Source: Oikopleura dioica
Taxonomy: Eukaryota; Animalia; Chordata
Assembly: GCA_907165135.1 (NCBI GenBank)
Contig: OU015570.1
Coordinates: 1 to 64,000 of the forward strand
Direction of reading: 5' to 3'
DNA length: 64,000 bases
In this document: one piece after another, positions 36,710 through 50,062 of the stretch
How positions within the stretch are numbered: the stretch's first letter is position 1
How the letters are laid out: each line of letters starts with the position of its first letter
The notes under the pieces: generated by a model
The model's input: only the letters and a program-made list of their open reading frames with translations
Databases searched by the model: none
Told to the model about the DNA's origin: nothing
Position numbers and translations under genes: made by a program

Positions 36710-38969
36710 TAAAAATATCCTATATTAAAGTTCCATCTAGAAATTAGTATGCCCTCTGCGATTCTGTTGGAGAAAACTTTTGGAGTGATTCTAACGACTA
36801 CGCGGCCAAGTTATATTCTAGAACGATTTTTTCGAAAACAAGACATTTTCTCTTATTTGAGATCATGTTTGAGTAAACTTGTTGTATAATTTCGAATTCT
36901 CGCTAATGGGCTTAATGATATTTGTATTGTTTTATTTAAGGAAAAACTCTGTCATGTTTTTGCTTCGATACTTTTGCTTCATCGAGAAAATATGCAGCTG
37001 ACTTCGTAATAACGAGAAGTCTTCTTCTTTCATTTGAATAATATATTCTCACAGCATGGGCTTCATCCTTTGAGAGTGTTCTTTCGGGTTTAGGGACTTT
37101 TGAAAAATTTCAATTAAATTTGTGCTGAAACAAGTGAAAGACAAGTAAACTGTTTTTTCTGGAAAATCCATGCTCGTAAAGTATGATTCTTGTAATTGCC
37201 AACGCTGCAATTTAAGCCACAAATATTGCATCTGCAGATGACATCGATTTGTTTACTTTTACCATCAAAGAGATTACTGACAGCTGCGTTCACGAGACAT
37301 AAGCTGGCGTTAATCAAAGATCTTACTTACCTATCTGCATTGACGCTTTGATTCTTGCATAAAATGGATTTGTGTCAGAATGGTTAAAAAGAGAAGTTCA
37401 ACTTTGAAAGGATTGAGCGCCCTCATTTTTCATCGTATGAAGATAAAAATACATCCAGCGGAAAGAGCAGACAATTCTCTACAAAAGTTAGTTCATGGGG
37501 TTTTCTGAAAATCAATTATAAAGCGGTAAGAATCGGTAATCAGGAGTTATTAGCGCGCCCGTTTCAGGATTCACGCGCAAACAAGCCAAATTAATGCCTC
37601 GCGCAGCGCAAACGCCCGCTGCGGAACCGATCCACTCCGGAAAAGGCTCGCTTGATCTCGACAGGTAATTGTTATCATAACCCCATAAGCTAATTTTTGT
37701 AGAGAATCGTCTGCTCTTTCCGCTGGATGTATTTTCAATTTTCAAAAGGTTTAATAAAACCTTAGGATATTTTCATTCTCTTAAAAATAAATTTGCTGCA
37801 AACATGTCGCAAGAAGAAAAGAGAATCCACATGATATTGGCCGAGAAAAAAGATATGCAGAGATTCTAGTGAAGACGCCGAACAAGAGTGATGCAAAGAA
37901 GATTATCAATGGGCTATTTCGAAAGAAACATGATGAAAAAGACATTCCGACGCGGACATTTTCTCGACTTTATGATCAGCGGTTCAAAATCTTTGATTCT
38001 ACATCGAAACGAAGGTTTTAAATGTCTCATAATTCGAAGATTTCATCAATCAGAAAATAGGCTTTCTCTCGATTTTGGTTTACTTTTCTTTTGCGCTACA
38101 ACCAATCAGAAGCAGCGCGCGCTCGACAAAATGAATAAGAAAGATGACTCACGATAATTTGGAGATGTGAAAAATCTTCTTTTCTTTGTAAAGTTGACAT
38201 TCCAGTGCAGAATTCGTAATCTGAAAGAAAATGGCGACTGCCACTGCCAAGTGACTGCTAGGCCTTTTAAAATGGGAACTTTATTTGTTTTTGAATAATA
38301 GTAAATACTTATTTTGAGCTTTTCAATTATTGGTAATTAAACGTTAATACAATAAATAAAATAGCAAAGACAAATATTTTAGAGACAAAAAAATCATCTG
38401 CTGGGGGGTCGATCAGGAATTCATTAACAAAAGTCGCAAGCCTTAATTACTTTTTAAAGCCAAAAAACGACCGATGTACCGCATTTTCATAAAAACGATC
38501 GATGTACCGCACTTTCACAAAAACGATCGATGTACCGCATTTTCTGAAAAACGATCGATGTACTGCAATCTCCCTGGTCAATATGATTGTTCTAGAAATT
38601 TTTCGGCAAAAAAACGATCGATGTACCGCATTCTTGCAAAAAAACAATCGATGTACCGCAATGATGGACGTACCGCATTGATGGACGTACCGCAATTGCG
38701 GTACTTTCACGGATGCGGTACGTCCATCGATGCGGTACATCCTTCAATGCGGTACATCGAGTGCCATCGATCCTTCAATAAAGCTCTCATGAGCTCAGAT
38801 TGTGCACCGATAAGTAGGATAATCCCCTTTCCCGGCGCCAAAGAGCAGGTGTTTTCGAGTTTTGACGCGCTCTTACAATAAGTAAAATTCATCGGATCTT
38901 TTTGAATATGGTATCAGCAGAAAGGAAATTTTTCAGGCTTTCAGGAGATATATAATTTTCTACACTTAA

Positions 38970-39722
38970 GGGTAATCCTATACATCGGCGCGGCGCTGCT
39001 CGCTCGATCCGCGCTCCGCCAGAACCTATTTTCACTAGGCCATAAAATTCGACCGGAGTGAGATTTTTCAAAATTCAAAAGATTCGTAATCCTTAAACTC
39101 TCTTCTATCGCTCTAGCAAAAATAAAAAAATCGGGAACGAGGAACTATCTGAAAACCGCCGGTTTCCTTCAAAAGACATTTACCGCGACATTTCTCATTC
39201 AAATTTCACGAAAATCAGATGGTCTTGTAGAGAATCGTCTGCTCTACAATTCCTCTGATTTACATTTTCCTTTAACGTTCTCAAAAATTCTCGATGATAG
39301 TTTGAAGAGAGTGCTATTCTATTCTGCCGGAGCGCGCCGTGAGAAATAGGAAGAAGAGAGGCGCGAGGAAGCATAGCGCTGTTTTAAAATGACCATATAA
39401 AATTATTGAGAGCGCAAAAAGAAAATCTAAATCAGAGGAATTGTAGAGTAGACGATTCTCTACAAGACCATCTGATTTTCGTGAAATTTGAACGAGAAAT
39501 GTGGCGGAAAATGTCTTTTGAAGGAAACCGGCGGTTTTCAGATAGTTCCTCGTTCCCGATTTTTTTCATTTTCGCTAGAGCGATAGAATAAAGTTTAAGG
39601 ATTACGAATCTTTTGAATTTCGAAAAATCTTACTCCGGTCGAATTTTATGGCCTAGTGAAAAATAGGTTCTGGCGGAGCGCGGATCGAGCGAGCAGCGCC
39701 GCGCCGATGTATAGGATTACCC
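38970..39722. mobile_element. Kolobok-like foldback MITE (753 bp, ~270-bp inverted arms)
   Basis: TTAA|GGGTAATCCTATACATCGGCGCGGCG ... |TTAA. The empty site ttttctacacTTAAttgagaatt is seen near 25000 and 33725. Confidence 0.85.
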
Positions 39723-41003
39723 TTAATTAAGAATTTCAAAATAGCCATTTTCACAGTGCATTTCTATCGAAGGCTAATGCATTAGCGCGCTCATAGATTA
39801 TTAATGCAAAAAGTCAGATTATTACAAATTATCAGAATTTTCTTAGCCGAAAACTGCATTCAGGGACTAACCCTTACCCTTTTTTAAGAATATTTTTATT
39901 CTTTAATTAATAAACTGTAACACAGAGGCGTTTCTAGAACATTTCGGATTTGACCCTTCGAATCCCGGGGATTCGCAAAAAAACCCGGGATTGGGAGGGC
40001 ACCCGGACGATTCTCTACAAAAATTAGCTTATGGGGTTATGATAACAATTACCTGTCGAGATCAAGCGAGCCTTTTCCGGAGTGGATCGGTTCCGCAGCG
40101 GGCGTTCGCGCGAGGCATTAATTTGGCTTGTTTGCGCGTGAATCCTGAAACGGGCGCGCTAATAACTCCTGATTACCGATTCTTACCGCTTTATAATTGA
40201 TTTTCAGAAAACCCCATGAACTAACTTTTGTAGAGAATTGTCTGCTCTTTCCGCTGGATGTATTTTTATCTTCATACGATGAAAAATGAGGGCGCTCAAT
40301 CCTTTCAAAGTTGAACTTCTCTTTTAACCATTCTGACACAAATCCATTTTATGCAAGAATCAAAGCGTCAATGCAGATAGGTAAGTAAGATCTTTGATTA
40401 ACGCCAGCTTATGTCTCGTGAACGCAGCTGTCAGTAATCTCTTTGATGGTAAAAGTAAACAAATCGATGTCATCTGCAGATGCAATATTTGTGGCTTAAA
40501 TTGCAGCGTTGGCAATTACAAGAATCATACTTTACGAGCATGGATTTTCCAGAAAAAACAGTTTACTTGTCTTTCACTTGTTTCAGCACAAATTTAATTG
40601 AAATTTTTCAAAAAGTCCCTAAACCCGAAAGAACACTCTCAAAGGATGAAGCCCATGCTGTGAGAATATATTATTCAAATGAAAGAAGAAGACTTCTCGT
40701 TATTACGAAGTCAGCTGCATATTTTCTCGATGAAGCAAAAAGTATCGAAGCAAAAAACATGACAGAGTTTTTCCTTAAATAAAACAATACAAATATCATT
40801 AAGCCCATTAGCGAGAATTCGAAATTATACAACAAGTTTACTCAAACATGATCTCAAATAAGAGAAAATGTCTTGTTTTCGAAAAAATCGTTCTAGAATA
40901 TAACTTGGCCGCGTAGTCGTTAGAATCACTCCTAAAGTTTTCTCCAACAGAATCGCAGAGGGCATACAAATTTCTAGATGGAACTTTAATATAGGATATT
41001 TTT

Positions 41004-41605
41004 GGAAGGTTGCAATTAGAATGGGTCTGAACCCCATTATTCTATAATAAGCCTAAAATGGGTCCAGGACACATTATTCGAATAATATGCGTAAAATGGG
41101 TCTGAGACCCATTATTGCTATAATTTGGCTAAAATGGGTCTAGAACGACCCTGTTATCATTAATCAAGTACTTTTTATTAATAAAGGTTAGGGTTAGGGG
41201 CACTGGGCAAAATGACAGAACAACCTCACACGAGGGGGATAGGCTAGGGTTAGTTAGGGTTACTGAAGGTAACCCTAAGTAACCCTAGACTAGACCCCGG
41301 CATCTTAGGACCTAGGGGCGGAGCCCCAGGTAAGGGGCAATCAGATTTGATAATTTCTGTTTAAATATGAGGCAGTGGGACTGCTTAACCATATCCCAAG
41401 TCATGGAAACCTTCTTAACTGTTTAATTGACTTGAATCGACGTAAAACTTATATTTTGTTGAAAAATAGACCCATTTTACGCTTATTATAGCTAGAATGG
41501 GTCTCGGACCCATTTTACGCATAGTATACGAATAATGGGTCCTGGACCCATTTTAGGCTTATTATAGAACAATGGGTCTTAGACCCATTCTAATTACATA
41601 CTTCC
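41004..41605. mobile_element. GG-terminal MITE with 8-bp TSD (Merlin-like)
   Basis: TSD ATATTTTT (40996-41003, 41606-41613). Imperfect TIR GGAAGGTTGCAATTAGAATGGGTC. It is absent from other copies of the module and has TTAGGG-like motifs inside. Confidence 0.8.
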
Positions 41606-44599
41606 ATATTTTTTAGCTTTTTTGAACTGAATTAAGAAACAATTCTGATTTTAATCACATTAATGATTTCTGATCGGGGCTGAACTGGCCCAAAGGGCCG
41701 TCAAGCCATTTGAATTTAAAAATCATGGAACAAGGCGTAGACGAACCGTCCCCGTCAAAAATTTACCATTTTTGAGAGGCTTGATTGACTAGAAAACCTA
41801 AAGGAAACATGATAAACATCTTACAAAAGTGAGACCTTGCTCCAATCGTTTTAACAAGCCACTGTGAGCATTTCTAGCCATTACCAGGCATGGGCATTAA
41901 ATTAAATTTCATTTGATATTAAAAAATAATGAACGAACCAAAAAGCGTCTCTTCTCGGCGAAACATACATTTTGCTGATAGTATTAAAGTCAAACTCTAT
42001 ATGATTTTGGCTTTATATAAATATAGAATTTTTCAAGAGACGTTTTTAAAAATTTCGAGTCGAAAAAACGTGTCTTCTTAAGAAAATACTATAAAGTAAG
42101 CGTTTTCTTGTTTTCGGTTCGCAGATAAGATTCCAGAATTAAATTGTTGATTAACAGAAAAATTATTAATTTAAAGCAAATCGGGAGCTCCTTATTTTCT
42201 CTCACTCCCAGAAACTTATGCTCCTGCTCGGGGACGGGCGGCTACGTTACAAATTTGTAACGCCGTTACAATTTTGTAACGCCGTTACAAAATTCAGATT
42301 TTTTCGCAGCAAAATTATTTTCCATTCTGTAATTCTTATTATTTTGGACAGAATAAGCAATAAGACATACCAAGAAGTAGTTTCCTTCAATTCAAGCGCG
42401 AAGCGCACACTCACTCAATGATTTTGATTTTGAATTTTTGTAACGCCGTTACAATTTTAACTACTTGTAACGTAGCCGCCCTACACCCTCCTGCTCCCTA
42501 CCTGCTCCAAAAGTGAAGGCTCCCAGAGGAGGCTCCCAATTTCGCTCCCATAGAGTCCGAATTTTTCTATGAGCGCGCTAATGCATTAGCCTTCGATAGA
42601 AATGCACTGTGAAAATGGCTATTTTGAAATTCTCAATTAAGTGTAGAAAATTATATATCTCCTGAAAGCCTGAAAAATTTCCTTTCTGCTGATACCATAT
42701 TCAAAAAGATCCGATGAATTTTACTTATTGTAAGAGCGCGTCAAAACTCGAAAACACCTGCTCTTTGGCGCCGGGAAGGGGATTATCCTACTTATCGGTG
42801 CACAATCTGAGCTCATGAGAGCTTTATTGAAGGAACGAACTATGTTCAGAGTCTGAACTTCAGACTTAAATGTGGAAAAAATCAAGCGATTAGAGCCCTA
42901 AAATTTGGTTTAAATTTTGTTAAAATCATCATTTTATATATTGTATATTTATATATGTAGGGAAAATCGATGAAAAACGAGCTTTTATTTTGGCTAAGTA
43001 GGGGTGAAGTATAATACAGTTTAAGGAAGCCCAGGAGCTGGGGATCATTTTGACTATTGATAGTAAGGGGTTTGATTAATACCCTGGGGCACTTTTGGCC
43101 TTCCAAAGGGCCAAATATCTGGTACTCTTCGGATAGGGGACCGTAACTTCTGGTATCCCGGGTCTGTGGAAATAAAACTTATACTCGGTTGTAGAGGAGA
43201 CTCTGACGGTTCCGAATATGTGTAGAAAACCACCGAGACCCCCACCTCTAGAAGGCGCTAGAGGCTCTAGAAGTTGACGAAGTCAATCGAAAATCGGTAC
43301 TTTTGTCTAAAAAAGGCTTGAAATGCTGTATTTTCATTCGAAATCGATTGAATTCGAATACAGAACAAGTTGAACATAAACTGTAAATCTACAGAATATA
43401 AATGCGAGGTGAACTACTGGCAATTCCAGTTTCACTTGGCACAATTCTCCTTGTCATCATGGATTGATGGACAGTTTGTGATAGTGAGGACCGGTAATAC
43501 AGGCAGCACAAACGGAAGCATTTTATACATCATACAGTTATCCTGCTAAAACCCTGGCTTAATTAATTGGTTCAGTGTGTTTTCATTCAAATATTGACAT
43601 GAAGATTTCAAAATTTGCGCGTCGCTAAAAATAGATGGAACGGTGATTATAAAATTGGGTCAGACCCAATTAATCGTGTTCTACTCATGCTAGAGAAAAA
43701 CAAAGACCACCCTGTGAAAGAGCACGTTTTAATTAGTACAAGTACTAATTTTCAATAAATTATCTCATCGGGATGGCCATTTCGACAAAAAATGTCGACT
43801 TAGACTCGTGGGGTTACGCCCTCCAATTGGACTCGTGGGGTTAAGTTGGGGTTTCACTGTATTTAAAACGTGTTTTTTGAGAATAAATAGTGCTCATTAG
43901 CTTCGAAAAAATCTAGTTTATTTTATAAAATTGCGAAACGAAAAATTTTCCTGAATATTAGCCAGAGTTCGGACTCTATGGGAGCGAAATTGGGAGCCTC
44001 CTCTGGGAGCCTTCACTTTTTGGAGCAGGTAGGGAGCAGGAGCATAAGTTTCTGGGAGTGAGAGAAAATAAGGAGCTCCCGATTTGCTTTAAATTAATAA
44101 TTTATTGATATCAGGTTCCTAAAATGGCTTTTTAGACAAAAAGCGGCCAAATTTCGGGTGGGCAAATTTTGGGTTTTCACTGTAAAGCCAAAATCACATA
44201 GAGTTTGACTTTAATACTATCAGCAAAATGTATGTTTCGCCGAGAAGAGACGCTTTTTGGTTCGTTTATTATTTTTTAATATCAAATGAAATTTAATTTA
44301 ATGCCCATGCCTGGTAATGACTAGAAATGCTCACAGTGGCTTGTTAAAACGATTGGAGCAAGGTCTCACTTTTGTAAGATGTTTATCATGTTTCCTTTAG
44401 GTTTTCTAGTCAATCAAGCCTCTCAAAAATGGTAAATTTTTGACGGGGATGGTTCGTCTACGCCTTGTTCCATGATTTTTAAATTCAAATGGCTTGACGG
44501 CCCTTTGGGCCAGTTCAGCCCCGATCAGAAATCATTAATGTGATTAAAATCAGAATTGTTTCTTAATTCAGTTAAAAAAAAGCTAAAAAAATATACGCT

Positions 44600-45049
44600 T
44601 TGTTTCAAATATTATCAATGAATTATGTGGGAACGGAGCTTATTGAGTTCGATGGCGTGAGCCATGAATTTTATGACAACGACCAAGATCAATGGCATTC
44701 TGGAGGTTATAATAATAACAACTTTGATAGCTTTGAAGGTCAAGTCAATCATCTTACTCCGGAAGGTCACCGGAATCAACATCAGACGGCCCCAGATAAT
44801 AACGATAATTACGGGCAAGATCAAAGAGCGTACTTTAATTATCAGCCGCTCCCAGAGTCAGAAAAAATTCCGAATACTCTGCAAAATTATTACAACACCC
44901 TTGAGCAAGAACCCCCTGGTTATACTTTAAAACGATGCTTCTATTGTGGTAGCCGATTCCATCTTATAAGGTCTTGTCCAGATCTCCCGGATCGAGAAGA
45001 AGAAAATAAAAATGACGAAAATAAGTTTCATATAAACGAAAAGTTTTAA
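44600..45049 (+). pseudogene. Isolated Gag-like C-terminal fragment with CCHC zinc knuckle
   Basis: CFYCGSRFHLIRSC (C-x2-C-x4-H-x4-C) preceded by an N/Q/D-rich low-complexity region. No pol motifs are recognisable downstream. Confidence 0.6.
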
Positions 45050-46401
45050 AAGAAAAAGGAAGCACTGGTGGATTGAATTTTTATATTTTGATAGAAATAA
45101 AGTGAATAAAAAACAGAGTTAAAAAACAGCAATCATAAAGGAATCGATTGTTATTAAAAAAAAAGGGTGTAACAATAATATTTTAATGAAAATGAGAAAA
45201 TATAGGTTGGAATTTTCAATGACAAATAAGGGAATTTTAGAAATTTATATTCTTTATGAAAATATAAAAAACGGGGCCCAAAGTAGTGATTATTTTCGAA
45301 AAGAATTTTTATATGGACAAAATTTCCGAAAAACGTTGTTTATAGCTGACGAGCAGAATAACTGATTTTAACCCCGACCCATATTTATCTTTTTCAAAGC
45401 CGGCTTAGGATTATGTAGAAAAAGAAAGAAAAAAGGGAAATAATTTATATCGACAAAGTTGAAAATGAGAAAAATAAAAAAGTTATATTCGCGCAACAAA
45501 ATTAGAGTTGGTGTTTATTATCAGAAGCCAAGGGATGGCTGGAAAAAAGTGAAAAGATGTTATAAACATGGAATTTGATGAAGAAGTTTGAGCCAAAGGT
45601 GGCCATAAAATAGAAAAGAAAAATTTTTGTCAACATGAGAGTTGACCTAAGTCGTTTTAGCCAAGGAGGGCTTCATATTTTTAGTTACTTACAAAAACAT
45701 GAAAGTTGATCTTATTCGTTAAAACCAAAAAAGATAACAAAAGAAAATAAAGATAAATTATTTTTTCGAACAAATTCGTAATATTAATTTTAAAATCCGC
45801 CGGTCCTTGCATTTTTTGCTAAAAAATTGAATTTAAATCGATATGAAAGATAATTCTTTGACATAAAATTCTCGAACTTCATAATAACCATTGATCTATA
45901 ATAAATGATGCTAACGTGCAATAAATTGAGAGCGTAAAAACCTTAGCCAGATTTTAATGCTAAGTGCTTATTATAAATTATTCGATTATTTATAAATTTT
46001 CGACCCTGTTATATTTATGTCGGTATAACAGTGTTGTAGGGAAAGAAATTGTACAAATTTAGTCATAATTTGGTAAATCGACATCACTTGCGACTGTATA
46101 TCAGTAATTTATTCCTGACATTGAATCACTACCCAATTGCTTCGAATCTGCATATTTTTTATTCGCCTTAATTACAACCAAACCCAAACTTATTAAAAGT
46201 TAAAAAAAATGAATTTCATCTTATCATGAATTTTTATGGGTAAGCGATCAAAACTGCTTCAATCAATTGTTGAATCTTAATTTCGAAAGAAAAAAAAATC
46301 GAAAATAAAAATTTAAAAAGATAAAAGATAAGGAGTTCTCTCGTTCACAAAAAAAAATCAATTCTAACTGTTCAATAAATTTTATTTATAGTTTTAAAAT
46401 A

Positions 46402-47054
46402 CAGTACACTCGCACAATTTGGCCCCGCACAATTCGGCCCTTTTTTCGAATTTCGCTAAAACGTTAGAAAATCGCACAATTTGGCCCCCCTGACCCGTGA
46501 GTTTAACCTAACCCTAACCTAACCCTAACCCTAACCAAGCCATCGACTTGACTTTTCTTTAGCTCTTGAATTACGAATTCTTGGAATTTTTCTTTAATTT
46601 CATCTTTTTGCTTGTATTTTGGACGGCAGATCTTCTTCGTTACTCGAGTTCCATTCGCATATTCCTTCAGAAGATCTGGACCTTCTCTTCTCCATCGTTT
46701 GTAAGTTGTGGAAGCCATCCGCTTTCCATGCTAATCTTCGAAAATTTTACTCAAATCCTTCGTCTTCATTTTTTGGATGACGATCATTCGGGTGTACTTC
46801 AATCTTGTTTCGAGAGAGACATCTACGCGAGTACTCCCTAATTTCTTCCTTGGCTTGGTTTTTCTCTCGTTCATTTTAAAGATTACATTAAAAGATTAAC
46901 TTCTTAAAACTAGCAAAAACAACATCAACTGACAGTTAATCAACGGGGGCTTAAAAAAGTTTTTTCGGAAGTCGCACAATTCGGACCCGCACAATTCGGC
47001 CCTTTTTCGACATATCGCAAAAACAAAAAAGGGCCAAATTGTGCGAGTGTACTG
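46402..47054 (-). mobile_element. Internally deleted pogo/Tc1-type element containing a telomeric tract
   Basis: Perfect 24-bp TIR CAGTACACTCGCACAATTTGGCCC with TA TSD. A minus-strand ORF remnant (YKRWRREG..RPKYKQ) runs into TTAGGG repeats at 46504-46536. Confidence 0.85.
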
Positions 47055-49994
47055 TATATCCGTTTAATATTCGTATTTTAAAGTCATCTTATTCATCTGC
47101 TTATTTTTGTCAAATTATTCTTAAGTGCTTGAAAAAAAAACAAACGAAAAAAAAAACTTAATTCTACTGTTTTCATTAATTTTTCTGGAATTCAACGGAC
47201 CAATTTTTTCTGTTTTTATCATATTCAAATTTTTCTGTTCATCTTGAGAAGCAATCATTTACTGTTAAGAAATTATCATTAGTTAGCTTTCTGTTTTTTC
47301 ATTGCTGTTTATAATTTAAGCTGAACCTATCTTTGCTCTACAAAAAAAAAATTTCGTGAGAGTGGGAATCAAAAAATCAAAAGAAGTCAAAACGATATGA
47401 CTAATCATGACATCAAAAGCCAACAAGCGAAAATTTTATCAAAAGAAAAAAAAACGATTACCGCGACATTCAATCAACAAAAATCAATGAGGGGGAAGGA
47501 TAGAAATTGTCGGAAATGCTGAATACGGGTTAACGCCGGCGCATCGGCGCACACGAGCAAATATCGTAAACGACCCTCTCCGCGAATCCTCGGCACAACT
47601 CGACACTCGGATTCTTGACACTCTGACTTTTGACACTCTGAAACTGAGACACTCAAAAAGAGACTCCTTTTGATACACTCCACCCTTTGATATACTCAAC
47701 CAAAATACAATCAACTGTAAACTAAACTGTGTTCGAATATGATTAGGCTTAAACAACTAGAGTAGCATTAGGCAACGCCGCCCGGCCAAATATCCAGAAC
47801 ATCAGACTATTTGGGTGACCCTCCGAATCCCTGGGCAACCTCCGAATCCCTGGGTTTTTGGAAAAAGTCCAGGGATTCGGAGGGTGATGTTCTAGAAAAC
47901 CCCTACAAAGGATCAAAAAACATATTTTATTTATCATTTTTCAAAATATATGAAAAACTTAAGCATTTGAGAAGATAACTTGTATGTCATATTTGATTTA
48001 ACACTAACCCTAAAAAGAAGAAAATTGAATGAAAGCAAAAAGTAATTTTTCAACCGACATTTTTTCGAAATTACTATCAGACGATATAAATGAAGATTTT
48101 AGGCTAAAAATCATTTCAATTTAACCAATAGTGGATGCTCATAAATATATACTTTTATAAAATAAAATACGTTCGCTAAAGTTGTTTTTCTTTCAACCCT
48201 AACCGATTTTTAGAGAAAACTAATTAATGAATCTGCTGTTAAACAGCTAAAAGACATTTCTAGAACATTTCGATTTGACCCTCCGAATCCCTGGGTTTTA
48301 GATTTTGCCCAGGGATTGGGAGGGTACCCGACTATTTCTATTACCATAAAAGAGATAACTGACAGCTGCGTTCACGAGACATAAGCTGGCGTTAATCAAA
48401 GATCTTACTTACCTATCTGCATTGACGCTTTGATTCTTGAATAAAATGGATTTGTGTCAGAATGGTTAAAAGAGAAGTTCAACTTTGAAAGGATTGAGCG
48501 CCCTCATTTTTCATCGTATGAAGATAAAAATACATCCAGCGGAAAGAGCAGACAATTCTCTACAAAAGTTAGTTCATGGGGTTTTATGAAAATCAATTAT
48601 AAAGCGGTGAGAATCGGTAATCAGGAGTTATTAGCGCGCCCGTTTCAGGAATCGCGCGCAAACAAGCCAAATTAATGCCTCGCGCAGCGCAAACGCCCGC
48701 TGCGGAACCGATCCACTCCGGAAAAGGCTCGCTTGATCTCGACAGGTAATTGTTATCATAACCCCATAAGCTAATTTTTTAGAGAATCGTCTGCTCTTTC
48801 CGCTGGATGTATTTTCAATTTCGTGCGATGAAAAATGAGGGCGCTCAATCCTTTTAAAGTTGAACTTCTCTTTAGCCTTTCGGACTAAAGTATTCATGAT
48901 ATAGAAAAACTAAAAATTGCAATAAAAAGATGACTCTTTGAATATAATATTTCCAAAAAAAAATTTTGAAAAACCTGAAGTCAAAAATCTATGAGGCGCG
49001 CGTGAAGTAGCGTCTTAGCTAGCTCGGCAAGGTCCCTTAAGTCAGGGTTGTAAATCACCTCGACCATCCTACCTCGAGGGTGAGGTGACTTTCGAATCAT
49101 CTCGATTTCTTCGAGGTGGGCTGGGGTGGTTTGAAACCACCTTGGTATTATTTGAGGAGGGAAACGGTCGGACTCATTACCAATTGGTAACCCATTACCA
49201 ATTGTGGTAACCCATTACCAATTTTGGTAATGCATTACCAAATTCGTCAAAAAGTGTCGATTTTTTCATTCGAAGAGCGCGTGTGCGCTCCGCGCCTGTA
49301 TAATAGAAAATTTGTGGGGTGTTTTATTCATTAACTTGGCGAAAAATTATAATAAATTGATAATCGACAACCGAAAATTGGTAATGGGTTACCAAAAATT
49401 TTGGTAATGAGTCCGACCGTTCCCGTTTGAGGTGAGGTGAGGTGATTTGAAATCACCTCGAAATTTCCTGAGATGAGTTGGAGTGATAAGAAATCACCTC
49501 GAATTTTTCGAGAAGGGTTGGGGTGGTTTCAAAAATCGCACTCAAACCGCGAGGTGATGTCTAGGTGAGAAGCTTGAGGTGGCTTCTAGACCAAAATTTT
49601 TTTGGTAAAATGTTATTTTTTTGATGATAAACAGTAAGATTGCTTCATTCTGGAGACCCATAAATTATGGGCCATAATCTGAATAATGTTTATTCCGCGG
49701 ATAGCTCTACAGAAGAGACGACTTTTAATCTCAAAATTTATCGTATGTTTCTTTTAGAACCTAAAACTTTAGTCTCTTTTATGTATATTATACATAAATA
49801 TTATACATATTGTATAACTAGATAAGTTTAGACCTTGTTGTAAAATTCGCGCTTCTCGTCGAAAATACACTCATGAAAATGAAAAATTGATTGATCAACT
49901 TCATTTACGCCGTTTCAGAAAGAACTCGTCGGACATTCAGAAATTGCTGAATCAAAAATTGAAAAAGAACCCTTGATTAAATTAGCGCTGGTTC

Positions 49995-50062
49995 TGCTGG
50001 GTAGCTCAAGGCGAGAGCGCTGTCTTGTACAGAGGTTGAGGGTTCAAGTCCTTCTCCGGCAA
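49995..50062 (+). pseudogene. tRNA-Thr(TGT)-like pseudogene or SINE head
   Basis: Acceptor TGCTGGG/TCCGGCA, D stem GCTC/GAGC, T arm GAGGG-TTCAAGT-CCTTC. The anticodon arm CTGTCTTGTACAG is 4 nt short but keeps CTTGTA. Confidence 0.6.

Noticed and set aside
35065-38881. MYRI../CGTSI-repeat ORFs as repeat proteins
   Set aside because: They are by-products of the CGATGTACCGCA tandem motif in foldback-element arms, open on both strands.
21700-44600. Pure assembly or amplification artefact as the explanation for the inverted duplications
   Set aside because: Not fully excluded, but the copies carry private TSD-flanked insertions and substitutions that chimeric reads would not create.
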